The notes under the pieces are model-generated. The model did not search any database and was not told the DNA's origin. It saw only the letters and a list, made by a program, of their open reading frames with translations. Shown here piece after piece: positions 27,601 through 37,548 of a stretch of 64,000 nucleotides of DNA (positions within the stretch are counted from its first letter, which is position 1; every line of letters starts with the position of its first letter). Made by a program: the position numbers and the translations under genes. The DNA is from an uncultured Actinomycetes bacterium (GTDB lineage Bacteria > Actinomycetota > Thermoleophilia > UBA2241), in contig CAVYCN010000004.1 in assembly GCA_963767005.1 (NCBI GenBank), positions 32,001 to 96,000 of the forward strand. Direction: 5' to 3'.

Positions 27601-29421
27601 TCAGAGCGACAGCAGCTCGTCCCGGGCGACACCGTCGGCGCGGGCCGGCGCCGGCACACCGAGGGCGCGGCAGACCGTCGGAGCCACGTCGACGAGCCGC
27701 ACCGTGTGGTCGGGCAGCACGCCACGCGCTGCGCCGAGGCCCGCGACCAGGCAGAGCGCCGGCATGCCCCAGTCGCCCGCCGTGAGGGTCTCGGCGGGGA
27801 GCATCGAGCCGTGGACCTCGGAGAACTGCGGCCGCACGGCGTAGACCACGTCGCCGGCGCCCGGTCCGCCGACGCCGAGGGCGCCCGCCTGCTCCGTCGG
27901 CGCGACGAGGGTGAACGGACTCAGGCCGGTGTCGGGGTCGCGGTAGCCGCGCAGCGCCTCGAGCACGCGCTCGAGCACATGCGCGGCGTCGCCGCGGCCG
28001 ACGACGCCGCGCGGCTCGCGACCCGTCCGGTTCAGCCGCACGAAGCAGGTGCCCTGCGGCGCGGCCAGCGTCTGCTCCCAATCGACCCGGCCGTCCGCGT
28101 CGGTTACATACAGCCCGGCGTCGCGCAGGATGCCGGCGAGCGGGACGGGCTGCCCGGGCGGCATCACGCCGTGATCCGACACGAGCACGACGAGCGCGTC
28201 GTCGCCGGCCGCTCCGAGCAGCCGGCCGAGCGCGGCGTCGACCTGCCGGTAGACGCGCAGCTCGGCCTCTTCGAAACGCCGCTCAGCTACGCCGGACGTC
28301 CGGCGGTGACTGACGGCCTCGAGGCACAGATGGTAGAAGGTGTCGACCGCGTGGAAGTGCGCGCAGAGCAGATCGCAAGGCTCGTGCTCGAGCAGGTGAG
28401 AGCAGGCGTCGGCGAGCCAGCGCGTCGACAGCTCGGTGAGCTCCACGAGGGTATCGAGCTCGATCCGTCCGGCCGAAAACGCCTCCCAGCCCACACCGGG
28501 GGTGGGCAGGCCGCCGAACCCGGACCAGTCGTCGAGCACGCCGGCCGGCTGCTCGAGCCAGGTCGCCCGGCAGACGTCGCTGACGTACAGACGGAACCGG
28601 CCGGCCGCCGGGTCGAGGTCGAGCAGCTTGAGCATGAAGAGGCCGGGCACGGTATGGCCGCCCGCCATGAAGGGGTGGACGAGGCGCTCGCTCCACTCGC
28701 CCGGGGCGAGCTCGGCGAGCGCCTCGCCGCTCCCCGGCAACCCGAAGCGCGCGACCGGACGGCCCGACCGGACGGTGATGCGACAGGTGAGCGCGAGCCC
28801 CGGCGCCACCGGGTCGAACGCCGCGCCGTAGGTGAACGGCAGCTCGAACGGCGCCCCGTCGGGCGGCAACGTGACCCGCGCTGCCTCCGGATCACCCTCC
28901 GTCGAGAAACACTGCTCGGCGGCGAGCGCCACCAGCCGGTCTCTGCCGGGCTGGTCGATGCGCCACTCGTCGAGCTCGATCCCGGCCCCGCCCACGACGA
29001 CGAGCCGCCCCGGAGTGCTCGCGACCCGCGGTGGCCAGGCGCCCGGCCAGTTCACCACGACGGCGTGCCGGCCGGCGCGGACCGCCGCCTCCCACACGAG
29101 CTCGGCGCTCACCGCGCGCGCGTCGAAGCCCTGCGAGCTCTCGCCGGGCAGCTCGCCGGGCCGTTGCGGGTTGAAGTCGCTCACGCCGTGCGTACTCGGC
29201 CAGGCGCCGCTGGCGATCGTCGCCCAGTTGGTCGTGGTCAGCGTGGGCATCGCCGGCAGGGCCCGGGTGAAGCAGCCGTCGGCGAGCAGGCTCTGGCCGA
29301 CGGGGAGCACGCCGGCCGCGGCGAAACGGCGCCAGCGTCCCGGCACGACCGCGTCGAGGCCGATCAGCAACGCACGACGTGGCCGGGCGGTCACAGCCAG
29401 GTCTCTCGACCCGCCGCCCAT
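27601..29421 (-). CDS. Alkaline phosphatase superfamily (nucleotide pyrophosphatase/phosphodiesterase-like) protein
   Basis: LLIGLDA, PTLTTTNWATIASG..P..HG, DTFYH, LVSDHG, EVHG, LVDVAPT; start may be GTG a few codons in. Confidence 0.85.
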   Translation of the reverse strand: MGGGSRDLAVTARPRRALLIGLDAVVPGRWRRFAAAGVLPVGQSLLADGCFTRALPAMPTLTTTNWATIASGAWPSTHGVSDFNPQRPGELPGESSQGFDARAVSAELVWEAAVRAGRHAVVVNWPGAWPPRVASTPGRLVVVGGAGIELDEWRIDQPGRDRLVALAAEQCFSTEGDPEAARVTLPPDGAPFELPFTYGAAFDPVAPGLALTCRITVRSGRPVARFGLPGSGEALAELAPGEWSERLVHPFMAGGHTVPGLFMLKLLDLDPAAGRFRLYVSDVCRATWLEQPAGVLDDWSGFGGLPTPGVGWEAFSAGRIELDTLVELTELSTRWLADACSHLLEHEPCDLLCAHFHAVDTFYHLCLEAVSHRRTSGVAERRFEEAELRVYRQVDAALGRLLGAAGDDALVVLVSDHGVMPPGQPVPLAGILRDAGLYVTDADGRVDWEQTLAAPQGTCFVRLNRTGREPRGVVGRGDAAHVLERVLEALRGYRDPDTGLSPFTLVAPTEQAGALGVGGPGAGDVVYAVRPQFSEVHGSMLPAETLTAGDWGMPALCLVAGLGAARGVLPDHTVRLVDVAPTVCRALGVPAPARADGVARDELLSL

Positions 29422-29591
29422 GAGCAGAGACGGCTCTCACGCGCGCGCGAGCAGCCCACAGGGTCCCCCCGGTCCGGTTACGCGGCCGCGCTCCACGGCC
29501 CCGAAGGCAATCATACGCAAGCAATCACGGGCGCGCCAAGACCCCGCGGCACGGCACAGGGCCGTGCGAGTGCCCGATCGCCGCGCGGCCG

Positions 29592-30806
29592 CTACCGCGC
29601 GGCCGGCCGGCCCACGAGGCTGTCGGCGTACCGGCGAGGCGACAGGCCGGCGTGCCTCGTGGCGATGGTCTCGGCCAGGCGATCGAGCGCCTCGAGGTCG
29701 GCGGCGCGCGGCAGGCCCCTGACCATCACGGGCTCGAGAAACTCGAGCTTGAGGCGCCCGAGCAGCTCCTGGATGGTCTCGACCGTCCTGCCCGCCCAGC
29801 CGTACGAACCGATCACCGTGGCGAACTTGGTGCGCGGCCGCAGGGCATTGGCCAGAAAGGCCGCGCTCGCCGCGAGCGGGTGCGGGCCGGTGAGCACGGT
29901 CGGCGTGCCCAGCACGAGGGTGCCGGCGTGCACGAGCGAGGTCGCGAGCTCGCCGGCGTCGAGGGTCGTCAGGTCGAAACGCTCGACGGTGACGCCGCGG
30001 TCGGAGAGCGCCATCGTCAGGCGGTCGACCATGAGACGCGTGCTGTCGTGCATCGACACGAAGGGCAGGCAGACGATGTTCTGGGGCTCGCCGCCGGCCC
30101 AGTCGCGGTAGGCGTCGATGATGAAGGCGGGGTCGTCGTAGACCGGGCCGTGGCTCGGCCCGATCAGCTCGATCGGATGGGCCGTGACCTTGGCGATGTT
30201 CTTCAGCACCTGCGGGCCGAACGGCATCATGATCTCGGCGTAGTAACGCTTGGCCCCGTCGTAGACCTCGTGGCGGTCGGCGAACAGGTCGCTCGTCGCC
30301 AGGTGCGACCCAAAGAAGTCGCAGCTGAACAGGATGCGGTCCTCGGCGAGCCAGGTGCACATCGTCTCGGGCCAGTGCACCCAGGGGGTGAAGACGAAGG
30401 TCAGCGTCTTGCCGCCCAGGTCGAGCGTGTCGCCGTCGGCGACGACGCGGAACCGGCCGTCGTCGATATGCAGGTGGTCGACGAGCATCGCCCTGGCCTT
30501 CTCGTTGCACACGATCTCGAGGCCGGGGTAGCGCTCGAGCAGGAGCGGCGCGCAGCCCGAGTGGTCCTGCTCCACGTGGTGGATGACGAGGTAGTCGGGC
30601 GCCGGCAGGCTGTCGAGCTGACCGGCGAGCGTCGCCCAGGCGGCGGGGTCGACCGTGTCGATCAGCGCGCTCTTCTGGGCGCCCTTCACGAAGTAGGCGT
30701 TGTAGCTCGTGCCGTCGGGCAGCGGGATGAGCGCGTCGAACAGGCGCCGGTCCCAGTCGACGTGACCGATCAGGTAGACGTTGTCTCGGAGCGCTCGTGC
30801 TTTCAT
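29592..30806 (-). CDS. fprA: FprA class A flavodiiron protein (O2/NO reductase)
   Basis: GTSYNAY, HVEQDHSG, PWVHWPET, FSCDFFG, AKRYY, PSHG, flavodoxin GSYGW; TATAAT upstream (30869-30864). Confidence 0.93.
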   Translation of the reverse strand: MKARALRDNVYLIGHVDWDRRLFDALIPLPDGTSYNAYFVKGAQKSALIDTVDPAAWATLAGQLDSLPAPDYLVIHHVEQDHSGCAPLLLERYPGLEIVCNEKARAMLVDHLHIDDGRFRVVADGDTLDLGGKTLTFVFTPWVHWPETMCTWLAEDRILFSCDFFGSHLATSDLFADRHEVYDGAKRYYAEIMMPFGPQVLKNIAKVTAHPIELIGPSHGPVYDDPAFIIDAYRDWAGGEPQNIVCLPFVSMHDSTRLMVDRLTMALSDRGVTVERFDLTTLDAGELATSLVHAGTLVLGTPTVLTGPHPLAASAAFLANALRPRTKFATVIGSYGWAGRTVETIQELLGRLKLEFLEPVMVRGLPRAADLEALDRLAETIATRHAGLSPRRYADSLVGRPAAR

Positions 30807-30970
30807 TGGGATCAGACCCCCGTGGCGTCTGTTGGTGGTCGCAAAGTGGCGGATCGTCTCGCGATTATACCGTCGCGCCCAACGAGCCCTCGCAAGCCGG
30901 CCGCCGCCCCTTTCGCTGGCCGTGAGCACACGAATCGCGTATGGTCCGTGCCAGATCCTGGGAGGGGGAC

Positions 30971-32629
30971 ATGAGCGACTTGATCCTGCGCACCGACTCC
31001 GCGTACGACTACCAGCTCACCATCAAGAACCTGTTCCTGACGCCCATCGCCGACAACCCTGAGCAAGAGATCACCTACCGGGGCCAGTTCCGCATGACCT
31101 ACACGACGTTCCGCGAGCGCGTGCGCCGCCTGGCGGCGGCGCTCATCGGCCTCGGCGTCAAGCCCGGCGACACCGTCGGCGTGCTCGACTGGGACAGCCA
31201 CCGGTACCTCGAGTGCTTCTACGCGATCCCCATGATCGGCGCCGTGCTGCACACGGTGAACGTGCGCCTGTCGCCCGAGCAACTCGTCTACACGATCGAC
31301 CACGCCGAAGACAGCCTGCTGCTCATCAACGCCGAGTTCCTGCCGCTCGTCGAGCACATCAAGGGGCGCATCGACACGGTCAAGCAGATCGTCCTGCTGA
31401 CCGACGACGGCGGCGTCGACACGCCGCTCGCGTTCGCCGGCGAGTACGAGGCGCTGCTCGCCGCCGCCGCGCCGCTCGCCGAGTTCCCCGACTTGAACGA
31501 GGACACGCGGGCGACCACCTTCTACTCGACCGGCACCACCGGCCTGCCCAAGGGCGTCTCGTTCACCCACCGCCAGCTCGTGCTGCACGTGCTGAGCTGC
31601 ACCGCCACGATCTGCTCGGCGCGCGCCGCCAGCCTGTCGCGCTCCGACGTGTACATGCCGCTCACGCCGATGTTCCACGTGCACGCCTGGGGCATCCCCT
31701 ACATCGCGACGATGCTGGGCCTCAAGCAGGTCTACCCGGGCAAGTACGTGCCCGATGTGCTGCTGCGGCTGCTCGCCACCGAGGGCGTCACCTACTCGCA
31801 CTGCGTGCCCTCGATCCTGCACATGCTGGTCGGGAACCCCGCCACGGCGGCCGTCGACCTGTCGCGCTGGAAGGTGATCATCGGCGGCGCCGCGCTGCCC
31901 AGGTCGATCGCCCTGGCCGCGCTCAAGCGCGGCATCGACGTGGTCGTCGGCTACGGCCTGTCGGAGACCTGCCCGGTGCTCACCATCTCCGACCTGACGA
32001 GCGAGCAGTGCCAGCTGCCGCTCGAAGAACAGGCCCGGCTGCGCAGCCGTACCGGCACGCCGATCGCCCTCGTGGCCCTGAAGGTCGTCGACCCGCAAGG
32101 CACCGAGGTGGCCCGTGACGACCGTGCGACGGGCGAGATCGTGGCGCGCGCGCCCTGGCTCACGCAGGCCTACCACAAGGACCGCGCCAACTCCGAGAAG
32201 CTCTGGGAGGGCGGCTGGCTGCACACCCAGGACATCGCTGCCTGGGACGGCCACGCCTCGGTGCGCATCACCGACCGCGCCAAGGACATCGTCAAGGTCG
32301 GCGGCGAGTGGCTGTCGTCGCTCGAGATCGAGGACATCCTCATGGCCCACGAGGCCGTGGCCGACACCGCGGTGATCGGCCGGCCCGACGAGCGCTGGAC
32401 CGAGGTGCCGCTCGCCCTCGTCGTACCCAAGCCGGGGCACGAGCTGACCGAGGCCGACCTGCACGCCCACATCAAGAGCTACATCAAGGCCGGCGTGCTG
32501 CCGCGTGAGGCTGTGCTCACCGCCGTGCAGCTCGTGCCCGAGATCGTGCGCAACGGCCTGGGCAAGATCAACAAGGTGGCCATGCGCGAGCGCTATCTCG
32601 AGGCGCCCGCTCCCACACCGGCGTCCTGA
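30971..32629 (+). CDS. Medium-chain fatty-acid--CoA ligase (AlkK/DmdB-like)
   Basis: YSTGTTGLPKGV, PMFHVHAWG, GYGLSET, GWLHTQD, DRAKD..KVGGEW; GGAGG RBS. Confidence 0.92.
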   Translation: MSDLILRTDSAYDYQLTIKNLFLTPIADNPEQEITYRGQFRMTYTTFRERVRRLAAALIGLGVKPGDTVGVLDWDSHRYLECFYAIPMIGAVLHTVNVRLSPEQLVYTIDHAEDSLLLINAEFLPLVEHIKGRIDTVKQIVLLTDDGGVDTPLAFAGEYEALLAAAAPLAEFPDLNEDTRATTFYSTGTTGLPKGVSFTHRQLVLHVLSCTATICSARAASLSRSDVYMPLTPMFHVHAWGIPYIATMLGLKQVYPGKYVPDVLLRLLATEGVTYSHCVPSILHMLVGNPATAAVDLSRWKVIIGGAALPRSIALAALKRGIDVVVGYGLSETCPVLTISDLTSEQCQLPLEEQARLRSRTGTPIALVALKVVDPQGTEVARDDRATGEIVARAPWLTQAYHKDRANSEKLWEGGWLHTQDIAAWDGHASVRITDRAKDIVKVGGEWLSSLEIEDILMAHEAVADTAVIGRPDERWTEVPLALVVPKPGHELTEADLHAHIKSYIKAGVLPREAVLTAVQLVPEIVRNGLGKINKVAMRERYLEAPAPTPAS

Positions 32630-32632
32630 CCG

Positions 32633-32676
32633 TCGGGGCGACGGGCGGCGGGCATGGCCGCCGCCCGTCGCCCCGA
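32633..32676. terminator. 19-bp-arm hairpin between convergent genes
   Basis: tcggggcgacgggcggcgg-gcatgg-ccgccgcccgtcgccccga. Confidence 0.75.
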
Positions 32677-32740
32677 GACCCGTCGTCCTCGAGCACCCCG
32701 GACCTTCACCCGGCGGCGAACTCGCCGCCCGCGAAGATCA

Positions 32741-32812
32741 TCAGGTCGCGACGAGCGCGACCAGCGTCAGGACGAAGGCGACGAGTGCGGCGATGCGCAG
32801 GCCCCATCTCAT
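32741..32812 (-). CDS. Putative 23-aa single-TM small protein MRWGLRIAALVAFVLTLVALVAT
   Basis: AAAAGGGGGGAGCC directly before ATG, high GC3 codons, tandem TGA TGA; below the ORF-track size cutoff. Confidence 0.55.
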   Translation of the reverse strand: MRWGLRIAALVAFVLTLVALVAT

Positions 32813-32890
32813 GGCTCCCCCCTTTTGGCGTCCTGCTCCTGGCAGGACGCTGATACCGCGCGGGAGATGGCGCCAGTCGCGTTTTCGGTC

Positions 32891-34138
32891 TCAGGTCCCG
32901 GCGTGCCCCTCGAGCTCGTTGGCGAGCAGCTCGACGAACAGGCCGACGTCGGTGACGACGCCGATCGTCTGGAAGCTGCCGCGATCGGCAAGCTTGGTGA
33001 CCACGGCCGGGTTGATGTCGACACATACGGTGTGGACCGCGGCCGGCAGCAGGTTGCCCGTGGCGATCGAGTGCAGCATGGTCGAGAGCATCAGGCAGGC
33101 GCCCGCACGCTGCGCGTAGGCGCGCATGGCGCGCTGCGCCTCCATGACGTCGGTGATCACTTCGGGCAGCGGCCCGTCGTCGCGGATCGAGCCGGCCAGC
33201 ACGAACGGCGTGCCGCTCGTGACGAGGGCGTGCATGAGGCCCGACGTCAGCACGCCCTGCTCGACGGCGGCCGCCAGGCCGCCGCAGCGCCGCACGGTGT
33301 TGATGGCGCGCAGGTGGTGCTCGTGGCCGCCGGGCACCGGCATGCCCGTCTTCATGTCGATGCCGAGGGAGGTGCCGTAGAGCGCCGACTCGACGTCGTG
33401 GGTGGCGACCGCGTTGCCGCCGAACAGGGCGCCGACATAGCCCGACCTGATCAGGCGGGCGAGCTGCGCGGCCGAGCCGGTGTGCACCACGGCGGGGCCG
33501 ACCACGGCGATTGTGAGCCGGCCCTCGTCGCGCACCCGGCGCAGCAGGCGGGCGACCTCGTGCACGATCTGCGCCTTGGGCTTCTCGCTCGACACGGCCG
33601 AAGCCATGAACTCGAAGGGTTGGCTCTCGCGCGGGCGCTCGAGCGGCAGGACGCGGATGCCGTGATGGCCGACGACCAGAAGGTCGCCGCGCGCCACGTC
33701 GCTCAGCGGCACCGTCTCGACGCGCGGCGCGCCGGCGGCGGCCGCGGAGAGCACGCGCACGCCGCAGTCCATCTCGGGCCGGTCGACGCGCACCCACTCG
33801 CCGTCGAGACGCACGAACGTCTCGAGGTTCGTGGTCGAGTAGAAGCCCTCGGGGAAGACGCCGTCGGCGGGCGCCGGCGCGAGCACGGCGTTCTCGGGGG
33901 AGACGGCCACGGCGCCGTGCTCCTGCACCGCCGTGAGGATCTCCTCGAGGTGCGCGCGATCGCGCCCGTAGATGCGAAAGACGGCGGTCGAGATGTCGGT
34001 CTTCGTGCGGCCCACGTCGAACGACAGGATCTCGAACTCGCCTTCGAGGTCCATGACGTCGTCCATGAGCTGGGGCACCATGAGCGAGTCGATCAGGTGG
34101 CCCTCGATACGGACGTCTTCGTAGGGTCGCTCAGCCAT
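32891..34138 (-). CDS. TIGR00300-family protein (LOR/SDH-like, ornithine cyclodeaminase as in ArgZ/AgrE C-terminus)
   Basis: GHLIDS, DGVFPEGFYSTTN, EMDC, FEFM..VSSEKPK, GPAVVHTG, GNAVATHDVE, LAGSIRDDGPLP, MLHSIATGN, VTKLADRGS. Confidence 0.9.
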   Translation of the reverse strand: MAERPYEDVRIEGHLIDSLMVPQLMDDVMDLEGEFEILSFDVGRTKTDISTAVFRIYGRDRAHLEEILTAVQEHGAVAVSPENAVLAPAPADGVFPEGFYSTTNLETFVRLDGEWVRVDRPEMDCGVRVLSAAAAGAPRVETVPLSDVARGDLLVVGHHGIRVLPLERPRESQPFEFMASAVSSEKPKAQIVHEVARLLRRVRDEGRLTIAVVGPAVVHTGSAAQLARLIRSGYVGALFGGNAVATHDVESALYGTSLGIDMKTGMPVPGGHEHHLRAINTVRRCGGLAAAVEQGVLTSGLMHALVTSGTPFVLAGSIRDDGPLPEVITDVMEAQRAMRAYAQRAGACLMLSTMLHSIATGNLLPAAVHTVCVDINPAVVTKLADRGSFQTIGVVTDVGLFVELLANELEGHAGT

Positions 34139-34142
34139 CGTG

Positions 34143-35159
34143 TCAGGGATTATCTCCGAAATCGGGAGGCGGCGCCTGGCGGGGCTCGTCGCCGGGCATC
34201 CTGCCCTCTCCGCCGTCAATCGCGACGAGCGCCTCGACCGGCGCCTCGTGGCGGCCGCCGGCCGCCGGCAGCAGCTCGATGATGAGCGTCCCGCCAAAGA
34301 TCAGCGAGGCGCCGCTGATGAGGCGCACGGTGACGGCGTCCATGCCGAAGATCACCCCCGACACGGCGGCGAATACGCTCTCGAAGCAGAGCAGCACGGC
34401 GGCGTGCGTCGCCGTCGTGTACTGCTGCGCCCACGACTGGATGAAGAACGCGTAGATCGTGCCGGACAGCGCCGTCCAGACGATCTCGAGCCAGGCCTGC
34501 CAGCCAAGCGCCAGCGTGAGATGGGCGACGAAGGGCGTGACGGCCGCGAGCAGCACCGTCGAGACCGCCATCTGCGTGACGGCCAGGGTCGAGGGCGGCA
34601 CCTTGGGGGCAAAGAAGCCGGTCGTCATGATGTGCAGGGCGTAGAGCAGCGCCCCGAGCAGCGTCAGGGCGTCGCCCCAGCTCAGCGTGAGGTTGCCGCG
34701 CAGCGACAGGATGCCGAGGCCGGCGGTCGCCACGACAGCGCCGAGCGCCTGGAACCAGCCCGGCGAGCGGCGCGCCACGGCCCAGTACAGGAACGGCACC
34801 ATGGCCACGCTCAAACCGGTGATGAAGCCCGACTTGCCCGGCGTCGTGTACTGCAAGCCGATCGTCTGCACGACGAGCGCCGTCAGGTAGAAGGCGGCGA
34901 GCAGGCCGCCCATGCCCCACTGCCGGCGCGTGGCGCGCAGCAGCGCGCGCGGCTGGGCGGCCGAGAAGATCACGGTGGCGACGACGTAGCGGAAGAACAG
35001 GTAGAGCAAGGTCGCCGCCACCACGCCCTGGCCCCAGGAGCTCACGGTGTGGGTGAGGCGCTCTGTCACGTTCTTGATGACGACGAAGTTGAAGCCCCAG
35101 AAGACGGCGACCGAGAACAGCGCGAGGTCGGCGACGAGGACTTTGCGGCGCGGGTTCAC
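34143..35159 (-). CDS. DMT/EamA family transporter
   Basis: WGFNFVVIK, GLQYTTPGKSGFITG, GDALTL, QSWAQQYT, ESVFAA. Confidence 0.92.
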   Translation of the reverse strand: MNPRRKVLVADLALFSVAVFWGFNFVVIKNVTERLTHTVSSWGQGVVAATLLYLFFRYVVATVIFSAAQPRALLRATRRQWGMGGLLAAFYLTALVVQTIGLQYTTPGKSGFITGLSVAMVPFLYWAVARRSPGWFQALGAVVATAGLGILSLRGNLTLSWGDALTLLGALLYALHIMTTGFFAPKVPPSTLAVTQMAVSTVLLAAVTPFVAHLTLALGWQAWLEIVWTALSGTIYAFFIQSWAQQYTTATHAAVLLCFESVFAAVSGVIFGMDAVTVRLISGASLIFGGTLIIELLPAAGGRHEAPVEALVAIDGGEGRMPGDEPRQAPPPDFGDNP

Positions 35160-35285
35160 CGCCTCATCCTCTCACCGGCCCGCGAGGCGGTCGAGCCGGG
35201 TGCCGGCGCGAGCAGGCTGCCCCGAGGGCCGGGCGTGCCGGCGGCACCGGCGCGCGGCGCGCGCCGATGCCCCCGCGAGCCCGCC

Positions 35286-36074
35286 TCAGGCCGTGAACCC
35301 GCCGTCGACCGTCCAGGCGCGCCCCGTGACGAAGCTCGCCTCGTCGCTTGCCAGGAAGGCGACGACGGCGGCGAGCTCGGCTGGCCGGCCGACCCGCCCG
35401 AGCGGGTAGTCGTGACCCTGCCACGACGCGTAGGCCTCGGGATCGGGGGCGTCGGCGATCGCCTTGTCCAGCATGGGCGTGTCGAAGATCGCCGGCGCGA
35501 CGCTGCAGACCCGCAACCCATCGGGGCCGTGGTCGATCGCGAGGCTGCGGGTGAGCATGATGACGCCGGCCTTCGAGGCGGCATAGGCGGCCGCCCCCGG
35601 CTCACCGTGGATGCCGGAGTCGCTCGCGATGTTGACGATCACGCCGGCGCGGCGCGGCACCATGTGCCGCACCGCCTCGCGGCACAGGAAGAACGTGCCC
35701 TTGAGATTGATGTCCATGAGCTCGTCGTAGTCGGCCTCGCTCCAGTTCGCGATGGGTTTCTCAGCCCAGATGCCGGCCGAGTTCACGAGAACGTCGATGT
35801 GACCGTGCTGCGCGACCGCGTCGGCGAACAGACGCTCGCAGTCGGCGACCTTGGCGACGTCGCCCAGCACGGTCGAGAAGACGGCCGCCTCGAAGCCGGC
35901 CTCGCCGGCGAGCTCGGCGGCGCGCCGGGCGACGTCGTCGCAGCGCCCCTCGTCGCGACCGCCGACCGCGACCGACACGCCCTCCAGCGCAAAGCGCGAC
36001 ACGATCGCCTCGCCGAGCCCCGACGAGCCGCCGGTGACGAGCGCCGTCCTGCCGGCCAGACCCTGCAGCATCAC
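35286..36074 (-). CDS. Short-chain dehydrogenase/reductase
   Basis: TGGSSGLG, VLVNSAG, YAASK, VDGG; GAGGAGG RBS. Confidence 0.93.
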   Translation of the reverse strand: MMLQGLAGRTALVTGGSSGLGEAIVSRFALEGVSVAVGGRDEGRCDDVARRAAELAGEAGFEAAVFSTVLGDVAKVADCERLFADAVAQHGHIDVLVNSAGIWAEKPIANWSEADYDELMDINLKGTFFLCREAVRHMVPRRAGVIVNIASDSGIHGEPGAAAYAASKAGVIMLTRSLAIDHGPDGLRVCSVAPAIFDTPMLDKAIADAPDPEAYASWQGHDYPLGRVGRPAELAAVVAFLASDEASFVTGRAWTVDGGFTA

Positions 36075-36129
36075 GTCCTCCTCACGGTCGCTTCGAACGC
36101 GGTGGGAGCATAGCGCGTCGCGGCGTCGC

Positions 36130-37548
36130 TCACGACGCGGCGCGCCCGCACCAGCGCAGCGCGGCGCAGGCCACGATCGCAGCCGTGTCGACGAGCTCGT
36201 CGACCGCCACGCACTCGTTCACCGCGTGCGCCGTGTACCGGTCGTGCGGTCCGAACGAGAAGGTCGGGACGCCGCCGTGCAGGGTGAACGTCGCGGCGTC
36301 GTGCCACGAGTTCAGGCCGCCCGGCCGCGACGGCCGGCCCAGCGCTGCCCCGGCGTCGAGCACGGTGGTCACGAGCGGATGGTCGGCGGGGATCTCAGCC
36401 GGCGGCACCTCCCACTCCCACTCCCAGGTGATCGGGTGCTCGGCGAGCCAGGGATCGGCTGCGGCCGCCGCGTCGATGCGGCCGCGCAGCTCGGCCTTGA
36501 CCGGCTCGGCACCGAGCTGCGGGTGCCAGTGGGCCGGCAGGTAGTGACAGTCGAGCGTCAGACGACAGAAGGCCGGATAGGTCACGTCCCAGGTGCCGCC
36601 CGACACGAGCACCGGCACGACGTCGCCGGGCGCAAGGTACGGGTGGCGCTGGTCGGCGCGCGAGCGCCACTCGTCGTTCAGGCGACGCACCTCGGCGAGC
36701 ACCGGCACGAGCTTGTCGATCGCGTTGACCGCGCCGCCGTCGCGCCAGTCGGGCTGCGGCTCCTGCGAGTGCCCGGCGCGGCCGGGGATGGTGAGCCGCG
36801 GCTTGAGGATGCCGCGACAGGCCACCCAGGCCTCGAAGCCGGTGGGCTCGGCGCAGATGCCGGCGTCGGGCTGCAGGCCGCGTGCGGCGAAGCGGCGCAC
36901 GACCGACCAGCTCCCCATACCCGACGACTCCTCGTCGGTCACCGCGGCGAAGACGACCTCGCCGGCGAGCGCGACGCCGGCGTCGCGCAGCGCCTCGAGC
37001 GCGACCACAAGGGCGGCCAGGCCGCCCTTCATGTCGTTGACGCCGCGGCCGAACAGCAGGCCGTCGCGCTCGACCGCCACGAACGGGTCGGTCGTCCACT
37101 GCTCGCGCGGCTCCACGTCGACCGCGTCGATGTGCCCGGTCAGCAGCAGGCCGCGGCCGGGGCGGCCGCTCGGGTCGCCCGCAAAGCGGGCGACCAGCTG
37201 CGGCCGCCCCGCGAACTCGAGGCCGGGCGGCACGAAGAGACCGCCCGCGCCGGTCGGCTCCGGCTCCCACAGGTCGATGTCCGCGCCCAGGGCGGCGAGG
37301 CGCGCCGCGAGCAGCTCCTGCAGCTTCGCCTCGTCGCGCGGCGGCGTGCCGGCGTCGCGCGCCGTGGTGTCGCAGGCGACGAGCGCGGCGGTGAGGGCGA
37401 CGAGGTCGTCGCGGCGGGCGCGGACGGCGGCCGCCACGCGCGTTTCGAGCGCTGCCGCCGGCGATCCGTCGCCGCCGGCGCCGGTCGCGCCCTCGCGCCC
37501 AGGCGCGCCGTCGCGGCCTGACGCGCCGCCCCGGCCCTGCGCACTCAT
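36130..37548 (-). CDS. ArgE/DapE-family M20 deacylase
   Basis: GHIDAV, GRGVNDMKGG, VTDEE, CAEPT, GRAGH, AHAVNE; ATGA overlap with upstream paralog. Confidence 0.9.
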   Translation of the reverse strand: MSAQGRGGASGRDGAPGREGATGAGGDGSPAAALETRVAAAVRARRDDLVALTAALVACDTTARDAGTPPRDEAKLQELLAARLAALGADIDLWEPEPTGAGGLFVPPGLEFAGRPQLVARFAGDPSGRPGRGLLLTGHIDAVDVEPREQWTTDPFVAVERDGLLFGRGVNDMKGGLAALVVALEALRDAGVALAGEVVFAAVTDEESSGMGSWSVVRRFAARGLQPDAGICAEPTGFEAWVACRGILKPRLTIPGRAGHSQEPQPDWRDGGAVNAIDKLVPVLAEVRRLNDEWRSRADQRHPYLAPGDVVPVLVSGGTWDVTYPAFCRLTLDCHYLPAHWHPQLGAEPVKAELRGRIDAAAAADPWLAEHPITWEWEWEVPPAEIPADHPLVTTVLDAGAALGRPSRPGGLNSWHDAATFTLHGGVPTFSFGPHDRYTAHAVNECVAVDELVDTAAIVACAALRWCGRAAS

